Below are positions 13,138 through 24,599 of a stretch of 64,000 nt of DNA, one piece after another. The translations under genes were made by a program, and so were the position numbers. Source of the stretch: Eukaryota sp. GEM-RC1. Lineage: Eukaryota. Under the pieces are notes generated by a model that did not search any database, had not been told where the DNA came from, and saw only the letters and a list, made by a program, of their open reading frames with translations. How positions within the stretch are numbered: the first letter of the stretch is position 1; each line of letters opens with the position of its first letter. The stretch is from positions 992,001 through 1,056,000 of the forward strand of contig JAUFOQ010000003.1 in NCBI GenBank assembly GCA_040285855.1, read 5' to 3'.

Positions 13138-15455
13138 ATGTATTCTATCTTACTTCTGCTTCTGGTTTCCTGTGCTTTTGGTTGCCTCGATGATTGGTCA
13201 CAGTGCGTGAATCTTTCTTTTAGTGATGCTCATCTTGAGATTTCAGATACTACTCCATATCATCTCCACAACTCTTACCGATTTACCCAGAACGCAACCA
13301 TCACTTTGTCTTCATCTATCCCCTTCGACATTGTACTGCCTTTTTCCAGTAGATGTTTTCTCCAGTCCTCCTCCATAACTTATCCGTACATTCTCCATGT
13401 TCCAGAGACCTCCTTTTCACTACATCTTACATGTCCCTCTATGTCCTCACTGACCCTCATCCTCTCCTCTTCCCAAGGTCTCACCACATTTGGAAACTCC
13501 TTCCTTCTCTTCAACTCACCGTCTGACAGTTTTTCCCCTGGACTCCCATCCACTTTGCCATCTCAGCTATTCTATTCTGCTCCTACTGCTTCCCTACTCT
13601 CTTTTTCTTCTCCCCTTACCCCTAACCAGACTAATCATTTGTCTACAACTCCAGAACTTCTTCAAGTAAGTTCTGATGGAATCATTGGATTTCTTTTTCA
13701 ACCCTCATTCCAACCTATTCTGACATCATCATTGAGCTCTACTGATTGTGATTATGATTGCAATGATAACGGCCATTGTGATGCAGGTCGATGTGTCTGT
13801 GATTCTGGTTGGACCGGCTCTTTTGTCAAGAAAGTGTCCGACAGTGTCCTTCAAAAGATCGAGAATTTTCTGACAACTTTAAAAAATGGAGATTTGAGTC
13901 TAACCGACGTTGTGACCTTGAAATCGCCATCCACCCTGAAATTCCCTCAGGTTTTGTTTGTTTTGTTAATGCCACCATCCATACTTTCGCTGGGAATTCC
14001 TTTGAAATAGTTGACGTCGATTCCAACAGTGATCACTCATTTGTCAAGGACATTCGCTACTCTAGCTTCAGTAACAAACCGTTGTCCTATGTGTCTTCCT
14101 TTTCTTCGTCCTCGCTTCCTAGTATTGAGATTACTTTTAGTGGATATACTTTGGAACTTAGCTATGAGACACATTGTCAACCTTCACACAAACCGTGTGG
14201 TATTCATGGTCGATATAATCCGGACACTCATCTTTGTGATTGTATACCGCCTTTTACTGGTAGTTCCTGTACAAGATTGCTGACGTCTACATATACTTTT
14301 TTTGAAAATAGACAGATTTTGGAGAGTTTTCCTCTTCCAACTTCGTCTTTCCACACCATTCCAATCCATCCTAGTATGTTCTCGTCATCTTCCAGGTGCC
14401 AACTCTTCTTCCACATCAACTACTTTGACCTGGGGGATACTAGTTGGGATTCAGACTGTAGAAACGACAGAATCAGAATAGTTTCTAATAGAAACGTTGA
14501 TGGGAACAGATATCGCTTTGGTGAAACTAGTTTCCTATGTGGTGATTACTTTGATCATAACCCAACTACTTTCTACATTAAAGACGCTTCTCTAAATCTT
14601 CCTCTTTTCCTAGAGGTCCGCTCTTCCAACACTCATGCTTCTGGAGGATTCTCTCTTATTTACGAGACTCGTTGTGGAGAGGACGTGGACTATTGCAAGG
14701 GAAATTGTAAAGGACATTGTGCTCTGAATTCTATTTGTGCTTGTGAGATTGGTGAGAAGTCTCCAGAATGTTTCGATTCTAGTGGCTATGTTGACGGTTT
14801 CGTCACGGATGCAATGCCGTGGTTTGCCTACCTTTTCTTATTAGTTTGGGGTTTCCTCTTCTTTGGAATGTGTGGTATGGGTTGCTACAGGCAATGTCGT
14901 TCTACCAGGGATACTCTAAATGAAGCTGTTTCTGCTGCTAGACACATGATGGGTGGTCCCCAACAAAACAACAGAGGTCATGGATATGGATCTTCTCATC
15001 AAATGAATGAGTTTTCAGTACCACAATCTGGACCTTCAACTTTCCAATCAGGACATATCAGACCACCGACCACCACGTACCAATCAGGACACGTCATGCC
15101 ACCTCCTGCTACACCTTCCCATTTCGGATTATCCCTAGCAGTCCCTCAATCTATCCCCCAGTCTACGTCTCACTCAATGCCCGCAATGTACAATGTTCCT
15201 CCCACTCCAAAAGATGCTAAGCCAGGCTTTTCAGTTGCACCACCTGACGATTTGATCTGTCCAATCTCTTATAACATCATGACTGATCCAGTAACTGCAG
15301 CTGATGGCCATACTTATGAGAGACGGGCTATCCAGGAGTGGCTGGTTGGTCATTCACATTCTCCGTTGACTGGACAACCGTTACCTCATCAACATGTAGT
15401 ACCAAATTCATCTATCCAATATAAGTTGGATATGTATAGACAGCAGAAAGCTTAG
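13138..15455 (+). CDS. Type I membrane protein: signal peptide, EGF and CUB-like domains, TM, Pro/Ser/Gln linker, C-terminal U-box
   Basis: Signal-like MYSILLLLLVSCAFG; EGF motifs CNDNGHCDAGRCVCDSGWTG and CDCIPPFTGSSC; CUB-like YFDLG...DCRNDRIRI...FLCG...GGFSLIY; TM PWFAYLFLLVWGFLFFGMCGMGC; U-box LICPISYNIMTDPVTAADGHTYERRAIQEWL...SPLT. The two ORFs join if one T is added at 13821-13824. Confidence 0.85.
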
Positions 15456-15568
15456 AAAATATTTTTAGCAAGTTAAAATGAAACTATGATTTATTTTTGT
15501 AAATAATATTCATTACGAATTTCAATAAATTGCTTGCAATAATTTCACAAAACTCTTCTTTTAAATTA

Positions 15569-18500
15569 TTAGAACAAAGTAGCAAGATGTTTTCTACAAT
15601 CATCAACTATTTCTTTTACACGATCACAACTAGATGACAAGGAGACCCTGTCTAAAGCAGATTCAACTTCAAACCGTTGGGCATACAACATTTTTCCTTC
15701 AAAACTATTTCGGCGTTTAAGCGAAATTTCAATCCACTTTTGAATAAATAAAACAAATCCTTCTAAAACAAACAATTCTTCTTCTTTTCACTGAATACTC
15801 CAGTACTAGGAGAAATAATAATAGTTAAATAAGCTTCAAAAATTTCTGCAAATGAAATATCACATTGCATTAACATTTCAATAATTGATAGAGGAGTCAC
15901 AGAAAGATCATGATGAACAACCTGAAATCTGTACGCAAGATTCTGTAACATAACTATAATGTTATGCAAGGGGAAAGCATTCTCAGAGGGATAAATAATA
16001 GGGATAAATTGAGTAACTTCGTTGAGAACGGTACTAAAGTTCGTTGTTCCCAAGGAAACCTTTTGGAAAAACTCACCCCAATGCCGAGAAACCAGACCTT
16101 CATCAACATATTTAGAAATTTTAATTATTTCCAAACACGATTCGGGTATACTAAACCGTAGCGCGTAATCATTGTACAACTCTGAAAGAGACAAAAGCTT
16201 AGTCGACAACACTTGTGGAGCAACATGACCAAGTCGATCAATCAATCTCTTTTGAACCTCGCAAATATCAGAGAAATCTTTGATCTGCTGAACTTCTTCT
16301 CTTGTTAATGCGTAGTCTCCTTCTACTGAAGTTGAAGACACAGATCTAGCATTGGTAAGGGCTCTAGATAGCAAGTTAATTCGTTCAGAAACCTCAATAT
16401 CTTCATCAGAAGTGGCCAAATCACTCAAGACTTTAGCAGCAAAACCGTGTTTACCGTGCTTAACATAGAATTTCCAAAACAAGTCACGATTCTCTTTTTT
16501 TCTATACAAATCAGTAATGTAAGTTTCTAGATAATAGGAGGGTGGAAATTCTAGTAAAATTTCAGAAGAATGTTGGAGGACAAACCAATCATAAAAGGCG
16601 CGATGGAAATCAGTATCCGGAATGTCCATCAATTTTTTAATAATTTCAGACTTTAACCAATTTGCATAAACTTCAGTATAAACAGTCTCTACTTCAATTC
16701 CCAATCCAAAAACCTTTCCAAGTCCCATCATTAAAGTATTATACAGCAGCTCACGATCAGATTCAATGGTATCAGAGTCAGATTTCAATCGTTGAAGGGT
16801 TTCAAAGGTCACAATCAAGGCAGGAACGAATCCATCAGAATTAAAGAAGAGCTCAAGCACAGAGGAAACTGTAGGAACGGGCAAGACGTTGATTGTTTTG
16901 ATTAAGATGCCAGCTGCTTCTTCTGTTAGCCTTCTTGCTTCCGCTTCTTCATGAGAATCGCCGTTCCTTGGAGTTGGAATCTTGGCGACCATCCTACTGG
17001 CAGTTGAGAGCAGTTCCTTGGCTTTTAATCGTGATTGATCTTCGACTGAGAAGAAGATAGGAGCTTCATCGCCTATTTCAGAGACGATTTCATCAAAAGT
17101 AAACACAAGACGGGTAGGTCCTGCCTCTAATGATGAATCAATCAAAAATGATAGTGAATCCTTTGATTTGGGATCAGAAACGAGCTTGGCAAGACTTAAG
17201 TTGTCAAGCGTGTTTGCTTCACGTGTTTCTTGAATAGTCAAACCACGTTTTCCCTTGATAATCTTTTGTTCTAAAAAGTTCAAGACACATAGAGCTTGAC
17301 AAGTAAGTCCGATTGTTTCAGATAAGTGGTAGAATTGCGTTCGATCTGAAGAATCACTCGAAATGTAACCAAACACACGACTTTTAGTGACTAAAAAGTT
17401 CAATTTTTCAAATTATTAAAAACTTTTCGTAACACAACTTCGTCCAATGATACGTGAACCTGAATACTGTTTTTGATTCCAATCAATGAACTCTTAATTC
17501 TTTCCACTTTAAACACTTTCTCATTCCAAATACAGCTCACCAACTCATCAAACACTGAGCTCAACGCAATCACACCAGCAGACAACTTTCCCATTCTGAG
17601 TACCTCAGCATTTCCACCAAACAAGTAACTAGGCGGATCCACAGCCTTACCAGCGAATTTAGCAAAGATTTGTTCAATCTTTTGCGGTTGTATAGACGTA
17701 GCCGACAACAGTCGTAAAGAAGTGTCCAACAACAACCGTAGTGACAAAGCACATATACGGACAGGTCCGCAGCTTCTTTCAGCATCTTCAAGTTCTTTAG
17801 ATTCAGGTGAATATTGTGCTAGAACATCGAGTGCCCTGAGTTGTTGGAATTTGATGAAGTTCTTGCTTGTTAAAACTAGAACTGTGGCTGGCGAATCAAT
17901 TCCTGGCTCGGTGACGTCAACAAGGTCAAAAACACGACCGTCAAGTGAAAATTTTTCAATCAACTCGTCAGTTCGATCTCCAAATCCACCAAGAAGTGGA
18001 TCAACTCCCAGCAACAGAATAGAATCAGTATGAGTCCCCTTGATTCCTAAAGAGGTCATAATTCCACGTGAACTTGCCTTTCTAACTCTAATATTAGGCC
18101 GAGTCAATGAATCCCCAAAATGAGGTAGTGGCACTGACGCAACAACACGTGGCGCTCCCTCAGAAGTCAAGAGAAGTCTGTCCCCTGACGCCAGCACAGC
18201 AATAGCCTCAACCTCCCCTCTTCCTCCAACTTCAAAACAACCAATACTAACAACAGCTAGCTTATCACTTGGAGTTCCTTCATCAGAAGAAAAGGATGAA
18301 GGAAAGGAAGCAGGGGATCGAGAATCTTACCCAGGAAACGAAGAGCTGAAGCAGGAGAGCTAGTAAAGGAGTAGCAGAAGACAGAGGTAGTGCCTTTGGT
18401 TTTGACTTTTGAGAAGAGAGACATGAAGCCCTCGGTTTTCTTGAGAGGAGCTACGATCCAGAGACGTTTCCTAGTGTTGTCAATGAAGAGAGAGATAGAA

Positions 18501-19129
18501 GAAGGAATTCGAAGCATAGGTTTGACAAGGCGGTGTCTTCTAGCAGTGTTTTTAGTGCTGTCAGACGATGAGAAGGGTAACCAAGAGAGAATGTTGAAGG
18601 AGGAGGTCGTATAGCAGAACTCATCGATACTACCATCGGCCAAAGCTAGGAAAAGACGACCAGAAGAAGTGGTGGCCATGGAAGTAACAGGATGATCGTC
18701 AAGAGAAACAGCTAAATGAGTGGGGAGAAGTCTGACGGGAGAGGAGAAATCTCCTGGTCTGTCAAAGATGATTGCTAGGAGGGTGACGTAGGAAGCAGTG
18801 GCTACAGCAAGGATGTATTGGACTTCTTTCTGGAAGACATTAGGAGCAGGTTTGAGAGTGGCGACTGAGCTGACGATTTGTTCTAAACCATCGTACATGC
18901 AGATATCAGAAGCTTTCATAGAAGAACTTGAGAAATGGGGACTATCGTGCTCTGACGAGTAGAGCCAGAGAAATATTTTGTTATCTACAACAAGACAAAC
19001 TCTATGGATTTCAGGAAGAATGTTAAGAGACCATCGAGATTGAAGAGTGGCAGCTGATTGTTGAAGAAGAACAGGTGGAAGTGCTATGGAAGATGCCTTT
19101 AGAAAGGGCGTTTGTTTGGTTGTTGACAT
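15569..19129 (-). CDS. NUP155: Nucleoporin Nup155/Nup170 (three single-base frameshifts in homopolymers)
   Basis: LPEIHRVCLVVDNKIFLW, LKPAPNVF, DLFWKFYVKHG...AAKVLSDLA, ERINLLSRA, LLSLSELYNDYA. The four ORFs join by adding one base at each of 18313-16, 17404-08 and 15785-88. Confidence 0.9.
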
Positions 19130-19173
19130 TCAGTTGGAGTCACTGAAGATTCCATTTGTGTTCTTCTCAAACA

Positions 19174-20323
19174 ATGACCGCACATAAGACATGTTCTTCC
19201 TTCTACTATCTTCCTAATACTATCCAGTTATTCTCTGGTCCTCAGTGTATCTCCAAGAACGCTCATGTCTTTGATTCTCTAGGTTCTAAACCTGTTATCG
19301 TTTCAGGACGCACATCAGCTACAAAATCTGGAGCTCTTAGTGATGTCAATAGCGCTCTTCAACATCATCCACCTTTGCTCCACTACTCTCAAGTTTCTGA
19401 AAATCCTACTTTTGAAAACGTTGTTGAAGCCTTCCGTCTATGTTCGCATCTACAACCTGATCACGTCATTGGTATAGGAGGTGGCAGTGCAATGGACTTT
19501 GCTAAATGCCTTGCTCTATTACTTTCTAATTACACCATTGATTCTTTTGACTTCGAAAAAGCCAGAGAATCTGTCTTCTCATCATCTCTACCTGTCTCTG
19601 TTAAAGTTGTTTGTATTCCGATCACGTGTGGAACAGGAAGCGAAGTCACTCCTTACAGTATAATCACTGATCCCACTTTCGGAAACAAACGTAACGTAGT
19701 GACTAAGATATTAGCATCAGCTGCTTTCCTAGACTACAGATATCTCAAGTCATTACCTCGTCAGCTAGTCATTAGTACAGCTCTTGATGCGTTGTCACAT
19801 ATCATTGAAGCCAGGATGTCGGTAAAGGGAGGCAGTCAGCTGAAGTACAGCAGTGTGCAGCAGAAGGTCTGGAGTATTGGAAGGTTGGGTTGTGGGAAAA
19901 GTTGTTGGAAGGTACGTATGATGACGTGATTTTGGATCAGTTGATGACGATGCAGTGCATTGCTGGCATTGCAATCACACTTGGGGGTACGACAATTCCA
20001 CATGCTGCCGGCTATCTGTTAACTTATCATTTAAAAGTACATCACGGGACGGCGAATTTGTTGGTTATGCCTTCCTTCTTAGAGATATACTCTCGTCATG
20101 ATGATCAATTAGTTAAGATTGTATTGGAAGCAATGGGAATGAGCTCAATTGATCAGTTTAGAAGTCAATTGAAGCAGTTGATTGATTTTGACCCTATTGT
20201 TGAATCTTCTGATCTTGAATTGTTTGTTGAAAAGTAATGGAAAACAAGGCCAAGATTCAGTCCTTTCCTTTCGAGTTTAGTGATGAAGATGCTAGAGAAA
20301 TGTATCAGGATATTGTTGTGTAA
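19174..20323 (+). CDS. Iron-containing (type III) alcohol dehydrogenase
   Basis: IGIGGGSAMDFAK, IPITCGTGSEVT, metal ligands in DALSH, PHAAGY and HHGTAN. Frameshifts at G3 19827-29 and A4 20230-33; the restored C-terminus ends ...EMYQDIVV*. Confidence 0.9.
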
Positions 20324-20522
20324 TTATTTTATTTGTGTTATTAAATCATTGTACATGTTCTGGTATTTGAAACAATCTGCAGGTTATTGAATGATTTTAA
20401 AGTTGGCTTTCAGAATAGCTACTGTATGTGATATGCCTGATAAGTTGAATCACGGTGGTTGGTGATAACATCCAAATTATCTTTGATTAGGTTTTTAAAA
20501 TTTTCAATTTTCTCCCCTCCCA

Positions 20523-21616
20523 ATGCCATCATTTTCTCCAGATCTTCTTGTGTCTTGGTATACTAAATTTCATGCAGAAAATGTCCGTACAATGCGACGT
20601 TCCATGCATTCTGTTGCAGCAGATTGCTCTAATAAATATCACTTGGAAGATGATGTTTGGTCTCATACTTGTATGACAACAATGCTTGCTGCTGTTTTTG
20701 CCCTTCTCCTAATGTTGTCACTGCTACCCTACTTCATGATGTTGGTAAAACAATCTCACGTCAAACCACCAATAAAGGACCAAAACAACTCACGTATTTC
20801 ACTGACCATGACGTCTTCGGAGTAGTCAACTCCTACTGCCTGGCTCGCCTATCTCCTTTTACTCTGGACGCTTTCTCTATTGCTCGTTATGTTGGCTTAC
20901 ATATGCAAATAAGTCCACTCCTAAGATCAGTCCAAACTAAAACCTTTGAAACTGCAATCCTTGCCAGAGTTGGACGAATGCTAATGGCTGAACCCCTCGG
21001 CTTTGTAGATGAACTCCTCCAGGTCTCAATCAACGATGTTTCAGGAAGGTTCGCGTCAAACGAGGACGTATCACGTGATTTGTCCTTCTTTGGCCCAGGG
21101 AAAGCTCTATCTAGAGTCAGTGGATTTTACGGTCCGCAGTGGATTCCTAAACCCTTCAGTGTACCTCCCACGTTTAAAGATCGATCCCCTTCATCTCATT
21201 TAGTTTTAGTCTTTGGATATTCACTTCAACGACCAGAGATTCTGACGGAGTTGGTTTCCAAAGGGTTTACCATGTTTGAAGATTGTCCTATTGAATTCAT
21301 GGTTAATCAGCTGGTAAGTTGTAAGAAAGTTGCTGTTGTTTTGTTAAGAAACGTTCTTTCTTGGAATAAGTATTTGTCCGCTGCTAGACCGAAAAAGGCT
21401 TTTCTGGAAGGTATAGGTATATTTCCTTTTGTTGATTTGTCTAGTTGTCTGTCCTTTCATTTACATCGACGTGATGAAGATTTCTTTGTGAAATACCCTC
21501 AAGTTCCGATAATCACTTTAAATAACTTTGATAGGGTGACGTTTACCACATGCCCTGATCATTTTTCCACTTGTTCTAGAGGAGCTCTGTCGAGAAACAT
21601 TTTTTCTGATTGCTGA
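20523..21616 (+). CDS. HD-domain phosphoesterase, HD-Pnk-like, with a degenerate C-terminal kinase-like region
   Basis: YHLEDDVWSHT, LLHDVGK, FTDHD, GLHM, NDVSGR. The two ORFs join by adding one T at 20695-99. Confidence 0.8.
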
Positions 21617-21978
21617 CGGGTTTTGTTTTGCTATTTAATGGAGTCTTATTTGTGGGGACTTGGAATTTTATTGGTTTGATTATCAAAAGAGGTATTCCTT
21701 TGTAACATTTAATTTACACATTCAAATTTAGAAATTTAATTATCATGATCTTTTGATGAATCTGGGTAAGTCCTATCATCAAAAAGTATGATGGTTTGTT
21801 TTTCATGTTCACAGTATTGGAGAACACTGACCAAAGACCACATCTAGGTAGTGTTATATAAACTCTGTCTACAGCTCCTGTTTATTGAATCAATAGGGAA
21901 ACTGATTCTTTTCAGTTTTTGTTTGTGTACATTGCATCATGAAGGTTTCATCCAGGACGTTAACATCCACATGTGTAA

Positions 21979-22050
21979 GCCCCGATAGTCTAGTGGTATG
22001 ATTCTCGCTTTGGGTGCGAGAGGTCCCGGGTTCAAATCCCGGTCGGGGCC
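21979..22050 (+). tRNA. tRNA-Pro(TGG)
   Basis: 72-nt cloverleaf: acceptor GCCCCGA/TCGGGGC, anticodon arm CTCGC-TTTGGGT-GCGAG, T arm CCGGG-TTCAAAT-CCCGG. Confidence 0.97.
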
Positions 22051-22234
22051 CTTTCTTATATCGGGCAATCTTCATATATATCACTTTTGCTACACACTGA
22101 TTCATCAATATCACTTCTTTTTATTGTGTCAATTAACAACTCTTTAAGTGTTAATCACGTATACTCATCAATGTAAGCCCTTAGAGGTTGAAACACAAAA
22201 TGTACCTGTCGATATTTAATTGGTTAACTATATG

Positions 22235-22996
22235 CAGGGGTACTCAAAATTGAATTGGCAATTAATTGGTTCTCAAATTATGCAACCAATTAACCAGTTA
22301 TTGTTCTATGAAAACAAAATCGTAAATTATCATACTAAATTCCAAATACAATCAACTTCCGCAAACTAATTTGCTTCACAAATCATCGTTAAAACTGTCC
22401 ATTCTCACGGAAGTTTGCTGCGCTTCATAATCAGTTCCAAATTGAGAGTTCCGTCAGTCAAAGCGTCTCTGTGCAACCCTAAAGTAAATTTAGCTATGGA
22501 AAATAGTTCAATCACCAAACTGGTCGCACTAATCAAACTCATGGCAACATGGACTTTGTGTTCACCTTTTATTCTCCTTAAGAGAATATCTTCTGGTAGA
22601 AATCGATCGCTTTCCGCCTGCCATTATCACCATTAACATCATTAACATCATTGCTGTCCATAACAATTGTTCGACACTTTAACCACTAAAAAAATTCCCT
22701 TATGCTACTGCACTATAGAATTGTGAATTGTAGATTAATCTATATAGATTTCCTTTATGAATCGACTAATGTAGAAGACACTGTATGACATTTCGATAAA
22801 AAAGTTTTTGTAAAACTACTTTTCGCACTGCAATTTATGCTCTGCGCCATATTCATAATAAACTGATTAGACCAGAAACTGGATAATTGGTCAATTAATT
22901 GCCAATTAATTGATGGGCTCTAACGATCAACCAATTTATATTGCAATTAATTGATTGCCAATAACTGAATTGGCAATTCAATTTTGAGTACCCCTG
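22235..22996 (-). mobile_element. Non-autonomous hAT transposon (deletion derivative)
   Basis: 23-bp perfect TIR CAGGGGTACTCAAAATTGAATTG; perfect 8-bp TSD ACTATATG; CAATT/AATTG subterminal motifs; minus-strand relic IELFSIAKFTLGLHRDALTDGTLNLELIMK resembling the end of the hAT dimerisation domain. Confidence 0.93.
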
Positions 22997-23010
22997 ACTA
23001 TATGACAGTT

Positions 23011-23460
23011 CTTTGTCTTTTTTCCTTTTTCAGCCACTTCAAGAGCATAAAAATCATCATCAAAATGTTTGATCTTGAATAACAACGATCAACTGTTGTG
23101 AAATCCATGATAATTTCCTCACAAGACAACCAAGGACCAATCAAATCATCATGACTGCTATCAACTTTTGGTTGATAAGAAAGAAAGGTTCAATTTTTCC
23201 ATGAAAACCGTTAGCTTTAAACATATCCAAACAGGTATCCCGGTTACTGTTGTGAATAACAGATCTAAAATGAATAAACTGATGACAATTAACTAAATGA
23301 TGGAAATTTGAATCCGTTGCAAGACCACAAAGATATGGAGAGAATGCTTCAAAAGACCTGAAGGTCATAATCCTAACCCCATTCTCATGTTTATAAACCA
23401 TTCATTATCCTTAAGATTAATACGAAATTTTCTTGGCAAACGAGATACAAATATCATGTA
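23011..23460 (-). mobile_element. CRE-like retrotransposon fragment (zinc knuckle/RLE region)
   Basis: LCG...NFHHLVNCHQFIHFRSVIHNSNRDTCLDMFKANGFHGKIEP; high nucleotide similarity to 40480-40935. Confidence 0.85.
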
Positions 23461-23869
23461 CTAGTACATCATGTCCAAAATTGAAGTAATACTGGGCAGT
23501 GTGTGTGGACTTACATACATTTTTGGGCATCATATTTTGATTTTGCGTTGGTTAAAGAAGTCTCGTCCAAGCTGATCACTTTTATATGACTTCTTCAGGC
23601 CCACACCGTTGAAATGCAATAATTAAAGATTAATTATATATAAATAATTTTCTCGGAGCGGTGATGCAACTGCTCCTTTCTAAAATTCTTCTCAAGTTGC
23701 AGTTGATTTTGCTACAATTTGACCCGTTTGTAAGAGTTCACAAGGACTGAATTTAGATTTCTTGTAATAGACATCTTGAAAACACTGAACATCGTAATTG
23801 TTGTAACAGAAATTTACCTAAAACAAAGTTTATCAAACCTGAGTTCCAAAAACAAAGTTTTTCTTAAAT

Positions 23870-24240
23870 TGAAAGGAACCTCACTTGTGAAATCCATGAT
23901 AACTTCCTGACAAGATGACTGTGAACCAATATGATCACTATTGCAACTATTGAATTTTGGTTGATCAAAAGTATGAGCACGTAGAGGATCAATTTTTCCA
24001 TGAAAACCACTGACCTTAAACATACCCAAACAGGTATCTCGCATGCTATTCTGAATAATAGATCTAAAATCATTAAAATGATCACATACCAAATGATGGA
24101 AATTTGAAGCCGTTGAATAACCACAAATGCAGGTAGAATGCACCAAATGACCTGAAGGCCGCAAACCTGACCTAAGCAGCATTTTTATATACCGTTCTTG
24201 ATCTATATTATTAAAACAAAATTGTTTTGCAAACGAGGAT
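23870..24240 (-). mobile_element. Second, more diverged CRE-like retrotransposon fragment
   Basis: LLRSGLRPSG...CICG...NFHHLVC...IQNSMRDTCLGMFKVSGFHGKIDP...QEVIMDFT. Confidence 0.8.
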
Positions 24241-24464
24241 ATGAAGAAATTTGCTACAAATATCGGTAGAAAAAGCAGGACTACTTTTGAAAAGAGGATG
24301 ATTAGATCCAGGACATACGTCAATTATTGTTTACTCGTTTCACAATACTTTAACACAACATTTTCTTTCTATATTGAAACAATGGTATACTGTACTAGTA
24401 AGTTTACCAAACAGGCGATTAGTCTGTCTACACGAACAATTCACTTTAGGCGAACACCCAAAAG

Positions 24465-24536
24465 GGCCCCGACCGGGATTTGAACCCGGGACCTCTCGCA
24501 CCCAAAGCGAGAATCATACCACTAGACTATCGGGGC
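24465..24536 (-). tRNA. tRNA-Pro(TGG), identical to 21979-22050
   Basis: Exact reverse complement of the first copy, with a T4 run one base downstream. Confidence 0.97.
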
Positions 24537-24599
24537 ACAATTTTTGCATGGTAGGATTGTGTCGATGATCTTAGCCAAATTAAAAAATAGAGTCTAAAA

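Noticed and set aside
20228..20240. Euplotes-style stop-associated programmed frameshift at AAG TAA in the ADH gene
   Set aside because: The required shift is -1, not +1, and most other breaks lack an adjacent stop or a shared motif. Homopolymer error explains them all.
21890..22114. ORFs containing GPRPGFEPGTSRTQSENHTTRLSG (also 24374-24568)
   Set aside because: They are antisense translations of the tRNA-Pro genes.
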